Positions 37,941-49,887 of a stretch of DNA of 64,000 nt are shown piece after piece (the first letter of the stretch is position 1; every line of letters starts with the position of its first letter). Location of the stretch: positions 47,990,001 to 48,054,000 of the forward strand of contig CM052817.1 of assembly GCA_028534125.1 (NCBI GenBank), read 5' to 3'. A program made the position numbers and the translations under genes. This stretch comes from Lama glama (taxonomy: Eukaryota). The notes beneath the pieces were generated by a model, which had not been told where the DNA came from, ran no database searches, and saw only the letters and a list, made by a program, of their open reading frames with translations.

Positions 37941-40395
37941 TTCTTGTCCAGGGCTCCTATGTTACTTTATATTATTCTTTTAAATGAAATCCTCATGATT
38001 TCAGCAGAATAGTACATTACACATTTTTGTTTGGCAGCCTTTTACACTTATTATTTCATGAACAGTGTTTTTGATACTAACTGATTGATTTTAAGTAATT
38101 TTAGTTTTGATCATTCGTAATTTTCAGATTGTAGTAAGTCATAGAATAAGCAAAAAGACGTAAGTGATTCCTCCTAAGTTCATTTATTTTGAAGGAGAGA
38201 TTGAACATGTATTAAAGCAGCAGACTGGGAAAATACCTTCATGGGTTTCAGTCTCAACTCTATCACTATTCAGGTGAAAGACAGAAAAAAGTAACTTCAC
38301 TTTCCTGTGCAGCTACGAAGAGGACCTGTCACGCAGAGTACCAGGAAGATCTCTGTGATCATAACTTTAAAAAATGCTCTAAAGTGACTAGTATTCTTCG
38401 CATGCAAACCAGTCTGATTACGGTTCAGTAAGTCATGGTGGAAAATGTACAACCAAGTGACACTGGCTCCTGAAAGAGGGCAACTCTGTGCCAGACATAC
38501 CCAACGGAGATGCCAAGTGACATGAAAAGGAAAGAAATCCCCGAGTCCCCTTAAATATGTAAAATACTGTGTGCATGTACATTTCTCTGGGAAGAGCCAC
38601 CACAGATTTCATTAGAACCTCAAAGGAGGCAGTGATGCGTTGCAGCTTCAGAAGCGCTGCTCTAGTGCTATTATAACTGAGATAATTCTGTTCTCCTAAT
38701 ATGACATTCTCTGTGTATTTCAGCCACACTCCAACTCTCATTCACTCTGAAAACAACTTCATGCTTTTAGGATTAACAGTGCTTTGTTAACTCCTCAGCA
38801 AATGTTCTCCAATTCAAAGAAAGATTAATCATTTTGTTATTACTTTTTAGTAAACTATTCTACATCCTACTTACACGCTCAGAGGCATTTTAAACTTCAC
38901 ATGTTCAAAACTAACTCCTAATCTTCCTCCTGAAACCTGCGACCCTTAGGGTCTTGCCCATCTCTGTTAATAGCAACTTCATCCGCCTACATTCTAAGAA
39001 CAGAAAACCCTGAAGTCATTGTTAATTCCTCTCTTTCTCACAAGTTACATTATGGTGAAGACTTTATATTAAAATGTATCACATCTCACCCACAACCATG
39101 GCTACAAGCCTCTTTCAAGTGATCACTCCTCTGGGCTTAGGGCAGGAGACTTTTATCTCATTGCTCTGTCCTTTAATCCTTAGAGGAGATTCTCATTTCT
39201 CCATGGCTTTGATCTATATTTCCTATGCAAAATTCTATACACAGGGTTTAAGTGGTTAAATCAGAATCTAAAGAACAAGACACATAGGAATATAATCTCA
39301 GAGGTCCTCTCTGCCTGCCAGAACTCTCATAGCACGTGACCTCTATTTCTCATGCTGCTTCTAACTTCCTATTGAAAGTACACTGTAGCTTCCCTCAGTG
39401 AGACCATCAGTGTGATAAGCTGGAAATGCTCAGAGAGATGTCCAGTGGGACTGGTGACGTGCAGCTGGAAAAGATGTCAAGTTTGGAGACATCGACTAAG
39501 GAGTTAGCTGCAAAGAACTGATCACTGAAGTAGTAAGATTTAATAAAACTACAAAAGGAAAATGTGCTAGGAGAAAAGAGTGTGAAACATCTAGGGTACC
39601 CACAACAGAAGTAGAGACATCACAAGAGAATGATGGGTAAAAGGAAAAGTACAAAGAGTATACTGAAAATGAAAAGAAGGGAAAATGGGGGAGAGCTGAG
39701 AGGGTCAAACGTTGCAGAAATGATAATAAGGAATGAAGACTGAACAAAATCCATTGATACATTTTTATTATTTTTGGTAACTAGAATGCTTTGGTAATTT
39801 CTTGAGCGAGGATTCAAATAAGAGAAATAAGCTGAGAAATGTGGGAGAGTGAAAAATTGAAACGGCAATTCCAGACAATTTTTTTTTCAAGAAATACAGT
39901 GGCCAAAGGACAGGCTAGAGCATGTAAGCATTACATGATCCAGGCAAGTTCTTCAGGGCTGGTGAAGACTTCTGAGATGCTTATGATGGATGAGAAAGAA
40001 CCCAGTTATGGGTACGGAAGGATAAAAAGGGTGCTGGGAATAAGAAGGGTGGAGAAAGGAAGATGAAAGATTAAGCTGGAGAGAGAGATGGGGGGAGAGT
40101 GTGACTAGGACTTGGTCTGTTCGGACCAGAGATGGGTAGAAGCCAGAAATGACAAGCGCATAGCATCTGCAGACCCAAGGGACTGTGTGTCACCAAAAAT
40201 AAGAATGAAGAGCTGACCAAGACACGGGCAGAGTCCAATTTAGGATACAGCAGGCACCAAAATAAGCCACAGTTAACTGAATGAATGAAATCATTCATCA
40301 AGATCCAAATATTTGACATATTTAAGGAAGATACCTATCGATTTATCTATCCTTTCAATTGGAGGACAAAATGAAAGCAAAATAAACTTTCACTT

Positions 40396-40584
40396 TAGAG
40401 TGATCAGGCAAAATACAGGATTCCCAGTTACATCTGAATTTCAGATAAACAATGAATAATATTTTCAGTATAAGTATACCCTATGCAATATGTGGGACAT
40501 ACTTACACTAAAAAAAATTATTCATTATTTATCTGAAATTCAAGTGCAACCACGACTCTATTTTTTTCTAACTCTGGTGACACT
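40396..40584. mobile_element. MER53 palindromic non-autonomous DNA transposon
   Basis: aaaatacaggattcccagtt...tgaatttcagataaacaatgaataat...gggacatacttacactaaaaa...attattcattatttatctgaaattca...tctggtgacacta. Confidence 0.85.
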
Positions 40585-41572
40585 ATTTCAATTAGATACA
40601 GGCTTTTCTTGAGTAACAAAACAGAAAGTAGAAAAATGTGGTCAAAACAAAACAGAAAATGCATTGGGCCCCAATTATATGGATAAACTAAGATAAGCTT
40701 TAAGGGAGCAATAAAGAATAATTTTGAAAAGGTTTATTAGAGAAATAAAATATGACCACTTAAATATTGGCTAATTATACAAGGCAGTAAAAGAAAGAGG
40801 TGAGTAGATCAGAAGAGGGACTTACTCATTTCATGGAGCACAAGGAAAACAAAAATTAAACTACACCTTACAAGAAAGACTTGTCTTTGTAGAACTCTCA
40901 TACTCAAAAGGCAGTAGGGAGAAAAGTGGCAGGACAACAAAACTAGGAAGGAATGGCCGAGAGCAACAAAAGCCAATGGAAAAGGGAATGAAAGCGACAA
41001 ATTTTGGATGTATATTTCTTCCTGTATTGGCAGAAACAAAGAAGTAAAGCATTAGACAGAGACACACCATGAGCAAAGATGCTGATTTAGAGACATACAA
41101 TGCTTCAGTAAGTCCTTTAAGTCTACAACTTATCGAATACTCACCAAATGGAAGAACTCACAGTGAGTGCACCAGGTGGGCCAAAGCAGAGTGTCTGCAT
41201 AAACAGGTGTAAGAAAAAGAGGTGCCAAGAAAATGGGACCAAGTTGCTGAGGGTCTTAACCAAGGGCAATCTCATGAAAAGAGATTTCTACCTATTTTTC
41301 TGGATCTCACTGTCTAGAGAATGACCCTGTCTGTATTCAGTGTTTATAAACCTAAAAAGTCAAATATCTACTGAAGGATTAATTTTAAAATTTTAAATAT
41401 GACAGCATCCTCCACAGAGACAAAGTGGGGGATACATGAGAGAGAATGGGCAAAATTCTGACAGTCATTGAAGCTAGGTGATGTGTAGAGGAGGATTTAT
41501 TGTATCATTATTCTGCCTATTTAAGTGCATGTTTTAAATTTTCCATAATATTTTTTAAAGTAGGAACATGTT

Positions 41573-41710
41573 GGGGGAGGGTATAGCTCAAGTGGTAGAG
41601 TGCATGCTTAGCATGCATGAGGTCCTGGGTTCAACCCCTCAGCACCTCCTCTAAAAATAAATAAATAAATCTACCCCCCCCAACCAAAATAAGGAAAAGT
41701 TAAAAAAAAA
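41573..41710 (+). mobile_element. tRNA-derived SINE, vic-1-like, with TSD
   Basis: gggggagggtatagctcaagtggtagag...gtcctgggttcaac. TSD aaagtaggaacatgt (41557-41571) / aaagtagggacatgt (41711-41725), one mismatch. Confidence 0.9.
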
Positions 41711-43311
41711 AAAGTAGGGACATGTAATCTTCAAGATTTAAGGACAGAGTGGTTTTTGCACTGGACTTTCTTAATGAGAGAAAATCACAAGTATGCTATG
41801 CACAAGAAGATTAATATGACATTCCATTTCCCATGAAAATGAATGTTAACTCCTAGAATCACCCTGAGAGGACATCAAATCAAAGCACTTTTGCTTCCAT
41901 GTCTGAATGCCAAGTGGAATTTATGAGACTGTAACAGTTCTTAGGCCCACGATTAACAGGATCTCCATGTAGACATGATATGCTTCACTGGGTAACACAA
42001 TGTGCAAAAAAAATTTTAAATAAAAATGAAAGATTTCTATATTGCTCTCCTTGAATATCAACTGGTAAAATATATGCCTTTATATTTTATATATATAAAA
42101 GTGAGGGTAAGGTGACAAATAAGTCACAAGGTTATGTATTTAATGTACTCATTCAGGGTTTTTTCCCTGCAGTGGGTAAGCCAGAAGGGCAGTGATCTGT
42201 AGTCTTACTTTATGATCTGCAGGATGCATGTGAGCTGCGATTTCCAAAACAAATTGGTTGTTCTGCTTAAGATATCGAAAGTTGCAGGAGACTGTTAGTT
42301 GTCCCAAACTTAAGAACCAAAACAAGCCAGATAAGCTATAAAATCACAGTTTAAAAAATTCCATCAGAGAGGGAAGAATGCAAAGAAACCTAAATAAATT
42401 AAATTCCAAAAAGTGACAAGACCTTCATAGGAGAGAAGCGATCGCTGGTGCACAAGCCTTGGCAGAGCAGCAGGGAGAGATAAACCCACTGTAGATGGAG
42501 GTACGGAGAAATAAGCCAAATTTTTAATGAATTTTTAATGGCTGCCTGTAGTCTGGGGTGACAGGCTAGAATTCCATGGAGCCCCTGGCATCAACCCACC
42601 TGCATCCACACACCAACCCTTTCATGGTCTTTGCCAACTGCATAGACTATACATAAAAGGCTGGAGAGATTGGACAGGAGAGCTGAGAGAACCCCCCCTC
42701 TTAGACACAACATTTCATCAGATGCAAGGAAGCCACTTTCCTAAGATGGGAAGGAGGACAGGAGAGCTGAGGGGAATCCCTTGGAGGTATTCAGCTCTCT
42801 GACAGGGCTAAGGCACCTGCTCGCTGAAGGCTGGATGCAGAGCAGTTGGGCAAAGAAAGATCTCCCAAGGCTCAAAAAACTAGAGCATAATGCAGGAAAC
42901 AGAGCATTTCACGGGACTTCCTGGGATGATGGAACACGCTATACCTTGTTTTGGGTGGTGGTTACATGAGATAAGAAATTGTCAAAACTCATTACAAAGA
43001 GCATATAAGAACTGTGTATCTTAGGTTTTGCCTCAATTTAATTAAAAAATCTCATATGAAAAACAGATACTAACTGATCCATTCTATCACCTTCTCAGAA
43101 GAGACTGACATTAAATTTTGAAATCTGTTCTCTCGCTCTAAGAGCTAGTAAGCAGCACATCTCAGTGCTGACTGTTGAGACACAGCGTGGATAAGCTGTG
43201 GCTGGTCTCGAAGATTTAGAGATCTTTTAAAGAACATTGGTTGCAGGTTGAAGGGATATTCCAAGTGAGAAATCTACGGGAAAACTGACAATGGTGAGAC
43301 AGTTTAAAGAA

Positions 43312-43922
43312 CAGACTTACCTTATGATCCAGCAATCCCACTCCTGGGCATATATCTGGAGGAAACTCTAGTTTGAAACAATACATGCACCCCACTGTTC
43401 ATAGCAGCACAATTTTATAATAGTCAGGACATGGAAACAACCTAAATGTCCACTGACAGATGACTGGATAAAGAAGATGGACTACTACTCAGCCATAAAA
43501 AAGAATAAAATAATGCTATTTGCAGCAACATGGATGAACCTAAGATCAGCATACTAAGTGAAGTCAGAAAGAGAAAGAAAAATACCATACGATATCACTC
43601 ACGTGTGGAATCTAAAAAAGAGACGTGAACTTATTTACAAAACACAAACAGACCCACAGACATAGAGAGAAAACTTATGGTTACACGAGTGAGGAGGGAT
43701 AAACTGGGAGTTCAGGATTGCAGATACTAATTACTATAAATAAAATAGATAAATAACAAGGTCCTTCTGTACAGCACAGGGAACTATGTTCAATATCTCA
43801 GTAACCTATAATGAAAAAGAATATGAAAACAAATATATGTATGTGTATGTATGACTGAAGCATTATGCTGTACACCAGAAACCAATACACTGGTAAACTG
43901 ACTATACTTCAATTTAAAAAAA
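43312..43922 (+). mobile_element. 5'-truncated L1 3' end, cetartiodactyl type
   Basis: tatgatccagcaatcccactcctgggcatatat...gacatggaaacaacctaaatgtcca...ctactcagccataaaaaagaat...gtacagcacagggaactat...actatacttcaatttaaaaaaa. Confidence 0.9.
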
Positions 43923-44379
43923 GACACAATGATTCCAACAATAAATGGAAACAATGGGAAACCTATTTTTTTCCCTTGAAGGGTGGTGATCTGAGAGTTC
44001 TGATCTGCCTAAACGCTCTCATGCCCCATTTCTCCTGCTCTTTCCCCCTGAAGACACACCCACACCACGAGGAAGAAGAAGGCTTGTCTTCATGCTAATG
44101 AAGCTGAAAAGAAAAAGGCTTCCTTCCTCTGACAGGATGTTCTCAGCGCCTTCTGAGAGGGAGTCTCGCTGGTGCCCAGGGGCCGCGTGTCACTTTTACA
44201 GTAACTTCTTTCATAATCTAATTATGGCCGAATGAAAAGGAGGAAGTGAAGTGGCTGACCATGTCCTAGGAAAGGTTAGCAGAGCCAGTGTGGCCGAAGA
44301 GAGGAGCCAGCAGCCTGTCTGAAGCACTGGCTTCTAATTTCTCCCCTCCACTAACCTGAGTTATAATGGCAAACAGCCG

Positions 44380-44938
44380 AGTGGAAGGACGAGCATACCT
44401 ACATAGCATAAGACAGCACCTAACACTGATGGGGAGACAGGTGTGTGCCAGCCACTCTGCTAAGTTCTGCTTATTTATTAACCTGGCTCTTCCAGTATCC
44501 TGGAGGTAAATACTATTATCACCACCACGGTACGGATGGGAACTGAGAAGGTCCCACAGCCTGCTGAGTACTGGAGCGCTGCATTTGAAACCAGGCAGTC
44601 TGACGTAAGAACTTAGTATCTCCAAGTCTTTCTACGTGACACGCTAGTATGCTACCCCAAAGAATGGAAACAGTCAGATTTTGGAGTTAGAAAGCCCTGA
44701 GTTCAAATTCCGGTTTTACTATATACTGGTCATATGGCCTTTGGAAAGTCAGCTAACCTTTATAAGCCTCTGTTTCATCAATAAAATACCAGTAACATAT
44801 TAACTCACAAAGTTATTGTGAGGATTATAGACAATTAATGTAAAGAGCCTGATCCATAGTCAGTGCTCAACTTTAGGTACTATTACTGATGATAATAAAT
44901 CATTATCTCTTTAACTCTCATTTCTGGATCATGTGTGT

Positions 44939-44983
<45 letters not shown>

Positions 44984-45520
44984 TGTTTAGTGTCTGTGTC
45001 TACACAAAGTATACATAAAGGAATTGATAGATAGAAAAGGAGAAATGAAGAACAGAACAAAAGTTGTTCATAATTACACACACACTACATATTTTCCCCC
45101 TAATTTCTTCCCTAGAGGTGCTGGACAGAGCAACTTAACATTTTAATTAAGGTGTGCCACTGACACACACATGAGGGGACTGTTGTCCTGGAGCACAGAC
45201 CATTCATAGGGACTAAAAAAAGGACACAGTTCAATCTGCAAACACTGAAGCATCGTGGTGCAGCAGCAGGACCACAGGTTGTGGAACCCAGACCTCAGTT
45301 CAATCTCTGCTCTACTAATGTACGGCTCTGTGACCTGGAGCTAGAAAGGCTGTTTACCTCCCGGAGCTTCAGTTTCTCTCATCTAGAAAATGAAGGTAAT
45401 CTTGCCTGGTAGTTGGTGTTAATGATTATAACACATATTAAGGTTTATAATGATGATAATATGTATGAAACACCTGGTCTCCTGTAGATGCTCAATAAAT
45501 GGCAGCAAAATTACAATCAT
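44380..45520. mobile_element. Several MIR fragments (about 44380-44630 minus, 44690-44880 plus, 45255-45520 plus)
   Basis: MIR core motifs: catttgaaaccaggcagtctgac; ggagttagaaagccctgagttcaaattcc...gcctctgtttcatc; agcttcagtttctctcatctagaaaatg...atgctcaataaatggcagc. Confidence 0.6.
44932..44985. repeat. (TG)n microsatellite
   Basis: Long, near-perfect TG run. Confidence 0.92.
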
Positions 45521-46900
45521 TATTGTATCTTTATGTCCTCTGTCATAGTCGTACCAGAAGTCAACCACAACTCCCATTTGTTTTCCATGAATCTTACAGT
45601 GACATCTTGCTATAATTACAATATCAATTATGAGAGTCTCTCTAGAACTTGCCCAAAGACAGGGCTTAAAAATTCATTAATTTCAAAGCTTTCCTTGATC
45701 AGTTACAAAAAGAATTAAATTAGGAAACAATCTCTTTTTAAGTCACTGGAAGTGAGTGTTTTATTAATTTTTATTGCAAATTAACTTACCATTTTAATTA
45801 ATTACATGTAGAGTTTAAATTTTTAATTAGATTTTAATTAAATTTCTTGAAAGTCTAGAAGGATGTATTTTTTGGTGTTTTAGTCACATCCTTTAAGGCA
45901 CTAGGTTGGCTGACTCAAAGACTGAAAACTGAGCTCTTTTCTGAATGTGCCCTTTAAACATACACGTATTCTCTTACACACACACACACACTCACACACA
46001 CTCTCAAACATGGAAGAAACAGAGAGGCAAAGTTTGGGGAAAGGCAGGGAAAACAGTAAGTAAAAAAGTGAAGAGAGCCGTTGAATATGAAAACGACAGA
46101 GAACGTGAGAGTTGTCCAGGAAAGATTCAAAACATCATCTTTGAAAGGGGTGACGTGGGCACTTGTTATGCAATATCCGTAGGAGTGTTCTGGTCTCCTG
46201 AGAGATGGGCACTCTATCAATACAAAGTCTTATGGTGTCTGTCTTCATAACTGAGAGATTGATATTCTTTGGTAAGCTTCCACAGCCAGTGTAGAACGAG
46301 CACAATTGCAAGTCTGAAACAGCACTTTCCCCTTTCTCTCCAACACAAAAGTCTCCTTCCAGGGTGCGACCTTCCATGCAAAACAGCTCATTTTTAAAGC
46401 TTAGTTCCAGTCTCTTAAAGATCCTTGGTTACAAGCCATGGGAAAGGACGTCATGTGATAGAGGCACAGTCCTTTCACAGTGACACGGGAAATGTCCTGC
46501 TACCGTCACCCTCAGTGAAGGGAGCACAGCACCACCTGGGAGTCAGAAGAATTCGCAATCATACTAGAAACAAAGAAAGGATACCACGCTCTCATTTGTC
46601 AGCTTACTTCACTTTCCCTTGTGAAAATATTTCAAGGTGACCATTAATGGACAGAACAGTTAAATTTCTGAGAAGGTTTGAAAAGTATGTTGTAGGAGTA
46701 AATACTCACTTCAGTTTAAAAGAAAAAAGAAAAGGAAACAAAGCTGACCAGAACACAGAAAATGTTTTTTCTGTCCCTCCACTTATCACTGGTTATTAAA
46801 TACGTGTTCAGACTAGATTGCTGAATGGTGGGAGATATCATATGAATATTATAATTAGAATATACAATATGCAAATGATTTGAAATATTAAGTCACTTAC

Positions 46901-46971
46901 CATGCCAGTAGAAGAAACAGTTGGCAAATCCTCAGGAGCCAATATGGTATCATTAGACACTGAAATATTAA
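46901..46971 (-). CDS. SLC4A4: SLC4A4 internal coding exon, 71 nt: (V)NISVSNDTILAPEDLPTVSSTGM, extracellular loop 3
   Basis: Not identifiable from the ORF track; found by reading the minus strand: ttcttacag|TTAATATTTCAGTG...GGCATG|gtaagt. Joins the phase-1 upstream exon to the phase-0 downstream exon and carries N-glycosylation sequons NIS and NDT. Confidence 0.95.
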
Positions 46972-48119
46972 CTGTAAGAAAAAGATAATTTTTTTTACTA
47001 CAAAAATAAAATTTAAATGAATGGTATGCATAATCAGGAAACTAAAAAAGCAGGACTGGGAATTAAAAAATGTCTTCAATAACAACATAAAGGCACAATT
47101 AACTTTTCTTTATTGTAACTGTATTCACCTTTCACCTAGACAAAAAAAACCCCAAAAATTGGACATGTCTGTTGTGCTCTCATCTGGTAAGAAACAATAA
47201 CAAATACTTAAGGAGATGGTATTGTAATTTATTTGTTTCAGGTTTAAAAAAAAAAAAACTTCTTGGTTACTAAAAGGCACTCAATATATTTTGCCCAGTG
47301 GGAAAAATGGCTGTTAAATAAGTGAAGAAGTTGATTACCGGCTTCATATACAGTCAAAACTCATAAATTGAAGCTTTACTAATTAGGAATTAACTGATTA
47401 GGAATTCTGGAAATTTGGACTTCATTTGAGAAAGGATATCTTGGCACAATGTGTGACAACAACAACAAAGTACTAAATAAATAATAAATTATATAAATAT
47501 AATGGACATGAATAATTAATCTAGTTTTTAAATTATTTTCATATAATTTGGCATCATTTGTAGATTTATTAAGATGTCACTTGCAGAAGAACTCAATTTA
47601 CTTATTAAACCAATCCTCCTCTTCGAATTATTTCATTATTTTCTATTTATGAGTCTAAAATTAAAACAGTATTTTAAAAGTATTCTATAATTACAAGATC
47701 TTTCTTTATCAGATAAATCTTTTCCCTATTATGTGAAGCATTATGTATTAGAAAATAAATTATTATGCAGAGACTATCCCTAATTTATGGAAATAATGTA
47801 AAATTACACTTATTAAGTTTTTGTCTTTGAGGATCACGAAATTCATTTAACATCCAAATTGCTAATTATTATTTGGTCCTAGAGCATTCCCCCTCCACCC
47901 AGTCCCCAAGCCCCTAGTCTGCCTTTTCAGTCTGCCATGTGTTAGGTCCCCCTTATATAAACTTTCAAGGAGAAACAAACAGGTTCCTTTGACTGCTGAA
48001 ATTTAGAATATAAGATCCCTGAAGGAAGAATAGAAGGGGCAGGCCTTCATTGCTTTTTCCCAGAATCTGATCAGTCTGGTCCTTCACCAACAGGAGCACA
48101 AAAATATCTGTTGATTATC

Positions 48120-48632
48120 CAACCTTTAAAAAGAAGGAAATCCTGCCATTTGCAAAAGCATGGATGAACCTGGAGGACATTATGCTGAGTGAAATAAGCC
48201 AGGCAAGGAAAGACAAACATTGCACTGGATCATTTATAGATGGAATCTCCAGAAAAAAAGAAGTCAAACCCACAGAAACAGAGACTAGAATGGTAGTTGC
48301 CAGGAGGTAGGGGTTAGGGGAATAGGTAGAGCTGGTAAAAGGGTACACATTTTCAGTTGTAAGAGAACTAAGATCTGAGGCTCTAACATGTAACACAATG
48401 ACTATAGTTGATAATACTGTATTGTATAGTTGAAATTCCCTAATAGAGTAGAACTTAAATGTCCTCACCAAATCAAATCAAATCAAATCAAATCAAATAC
48501 ACGAGGTCATGGATGTGTTAACTTAGTGGGAATCCTGTCAGAATGTATATGAATATGAAATTGTCATGTTGTACACTTTAAATATATTACAATCTTACTT
48601 GTCAATTATATGTCAATAAAGCTGAAAAAAAA
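48120..48632 (+). mobile_element. L1MA-like 3' end containing an (AAATC)5 repeat
   Basis: aagaaggaaatcctgccatttgc...tggatgaacctggaggacattatgctgagtgaaataagccag...atgactatagttgataatactgtattgtat...gtcaataaagctgaaaaaaa. Confidence 0.85.
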
Positions 48633-49790
48633 TTCTGTTCACTGTCAATAAAAGAAGCTAGGAAAGGGGCCATTTAATGACTGTAAGTGAAGGAGAGCAG
48701 ATAAAGGCAAAAGAATTGAAATAAGGGAAACAAATAAAAGGAGAGACTACTAAGCTTCAGTCCTATTTTTTCTCAATCCATTCTGATCTTTGAAGGCTCT
48801 GGAATTGTTCATCTTTTAACCTAGTGCTAGCTGCTGCCAGGGCTACCCTAGCCTATCAGTAAAACAAGTACACATGCACACTGTTTTCTTATTCTCTCTG
48901 TTTCATTACATGCCACAGAAAGAGTCAAAATAGGATAAAGGATGCTTGGCCCAAACAGAAAGACCTAGCATGAATCCATTCCATAAAGGAAGAAGATGCT
49001 AGTAAATTATTATTAACAAAACCTAGAATTTTATTACTATTTTGCTCTAAAATGCTTAAAGTACATTTTCTTATAATTACTCCACTTGTTCACATTGAAA
49101 CAGACAAGCACATGTTAACAGGTATACTTTTATACTGGTTTTACTTTGAATGGGACCCAGACGCAAAATATGTCAGGTTTCTCGCCCAGGGTTACAGAGT
49201 CAACTAGAAGTGGAGCTGGTACCTAAACCCTGTACACCATTCTTCCTTTTCCTACCCAGCATTTCTATTCATCAAAATCAGGATGATTCGTGCGGTCACA
49301 GAATTCAAGGTGGGAGAGGGCCTGCCAATGTTAGATGACGTGGGTCTTGACTGTAAACTGAAATGTCTGACCTGTCTGAACATTCGAAGGAAACTAGCAT
49401 ACATGAAATCAAAAGCACTATTTAGACGGTGTCTAGAAGCTGCTCTTCCTGAGCTAGATTCTTGAATGCAATTTTATGAGCTTCCTGTCACAAGAGAGTG
49501 AAGGTCTTTTTGTAACACACATCTCTGCCTGAAAACAAGGAGTAAGGAGTGAGGAGGGAGGAAGGAGGTGTTCCAGGCTCTTTCTTTGTGAAATGAATGA
49601 CAGATAATAAAGATCACGAGTGAACTAAAACAGGATTCCAATCCGAACTTTTAGTAACTTCTCTCAAGTTCTGGATACATGTCAATTTGCTAACTAAAAT
49701 CTTTTTATCTTTTCCATTTCCCTTTGAAATAAGCTATGAAAGCACAATGGCTCTTAAAATCCCAAAAGAGCAGTATCAAAAGGACAGTAA

Positions 49791-49887
49791 GGGGGGGAAG
49801 GGTATAGCTCAGTGGTAGAGCACATGCTTAGCACGCACGAGGTCCTGCGTTTAATCCCCAGCACCTCCATTAAGAAAAAAAAAAAAA
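49791..49887 (+). mobile_element. tRNA-derived SINE, vic-1-like, short form
   Basis: gggggggaagggtatagctcagtggtagagcacatgcttagcacgcacgaggtcctgcgtttaatccccagcacctcca followed by an A tail. Confidence 0.88.
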
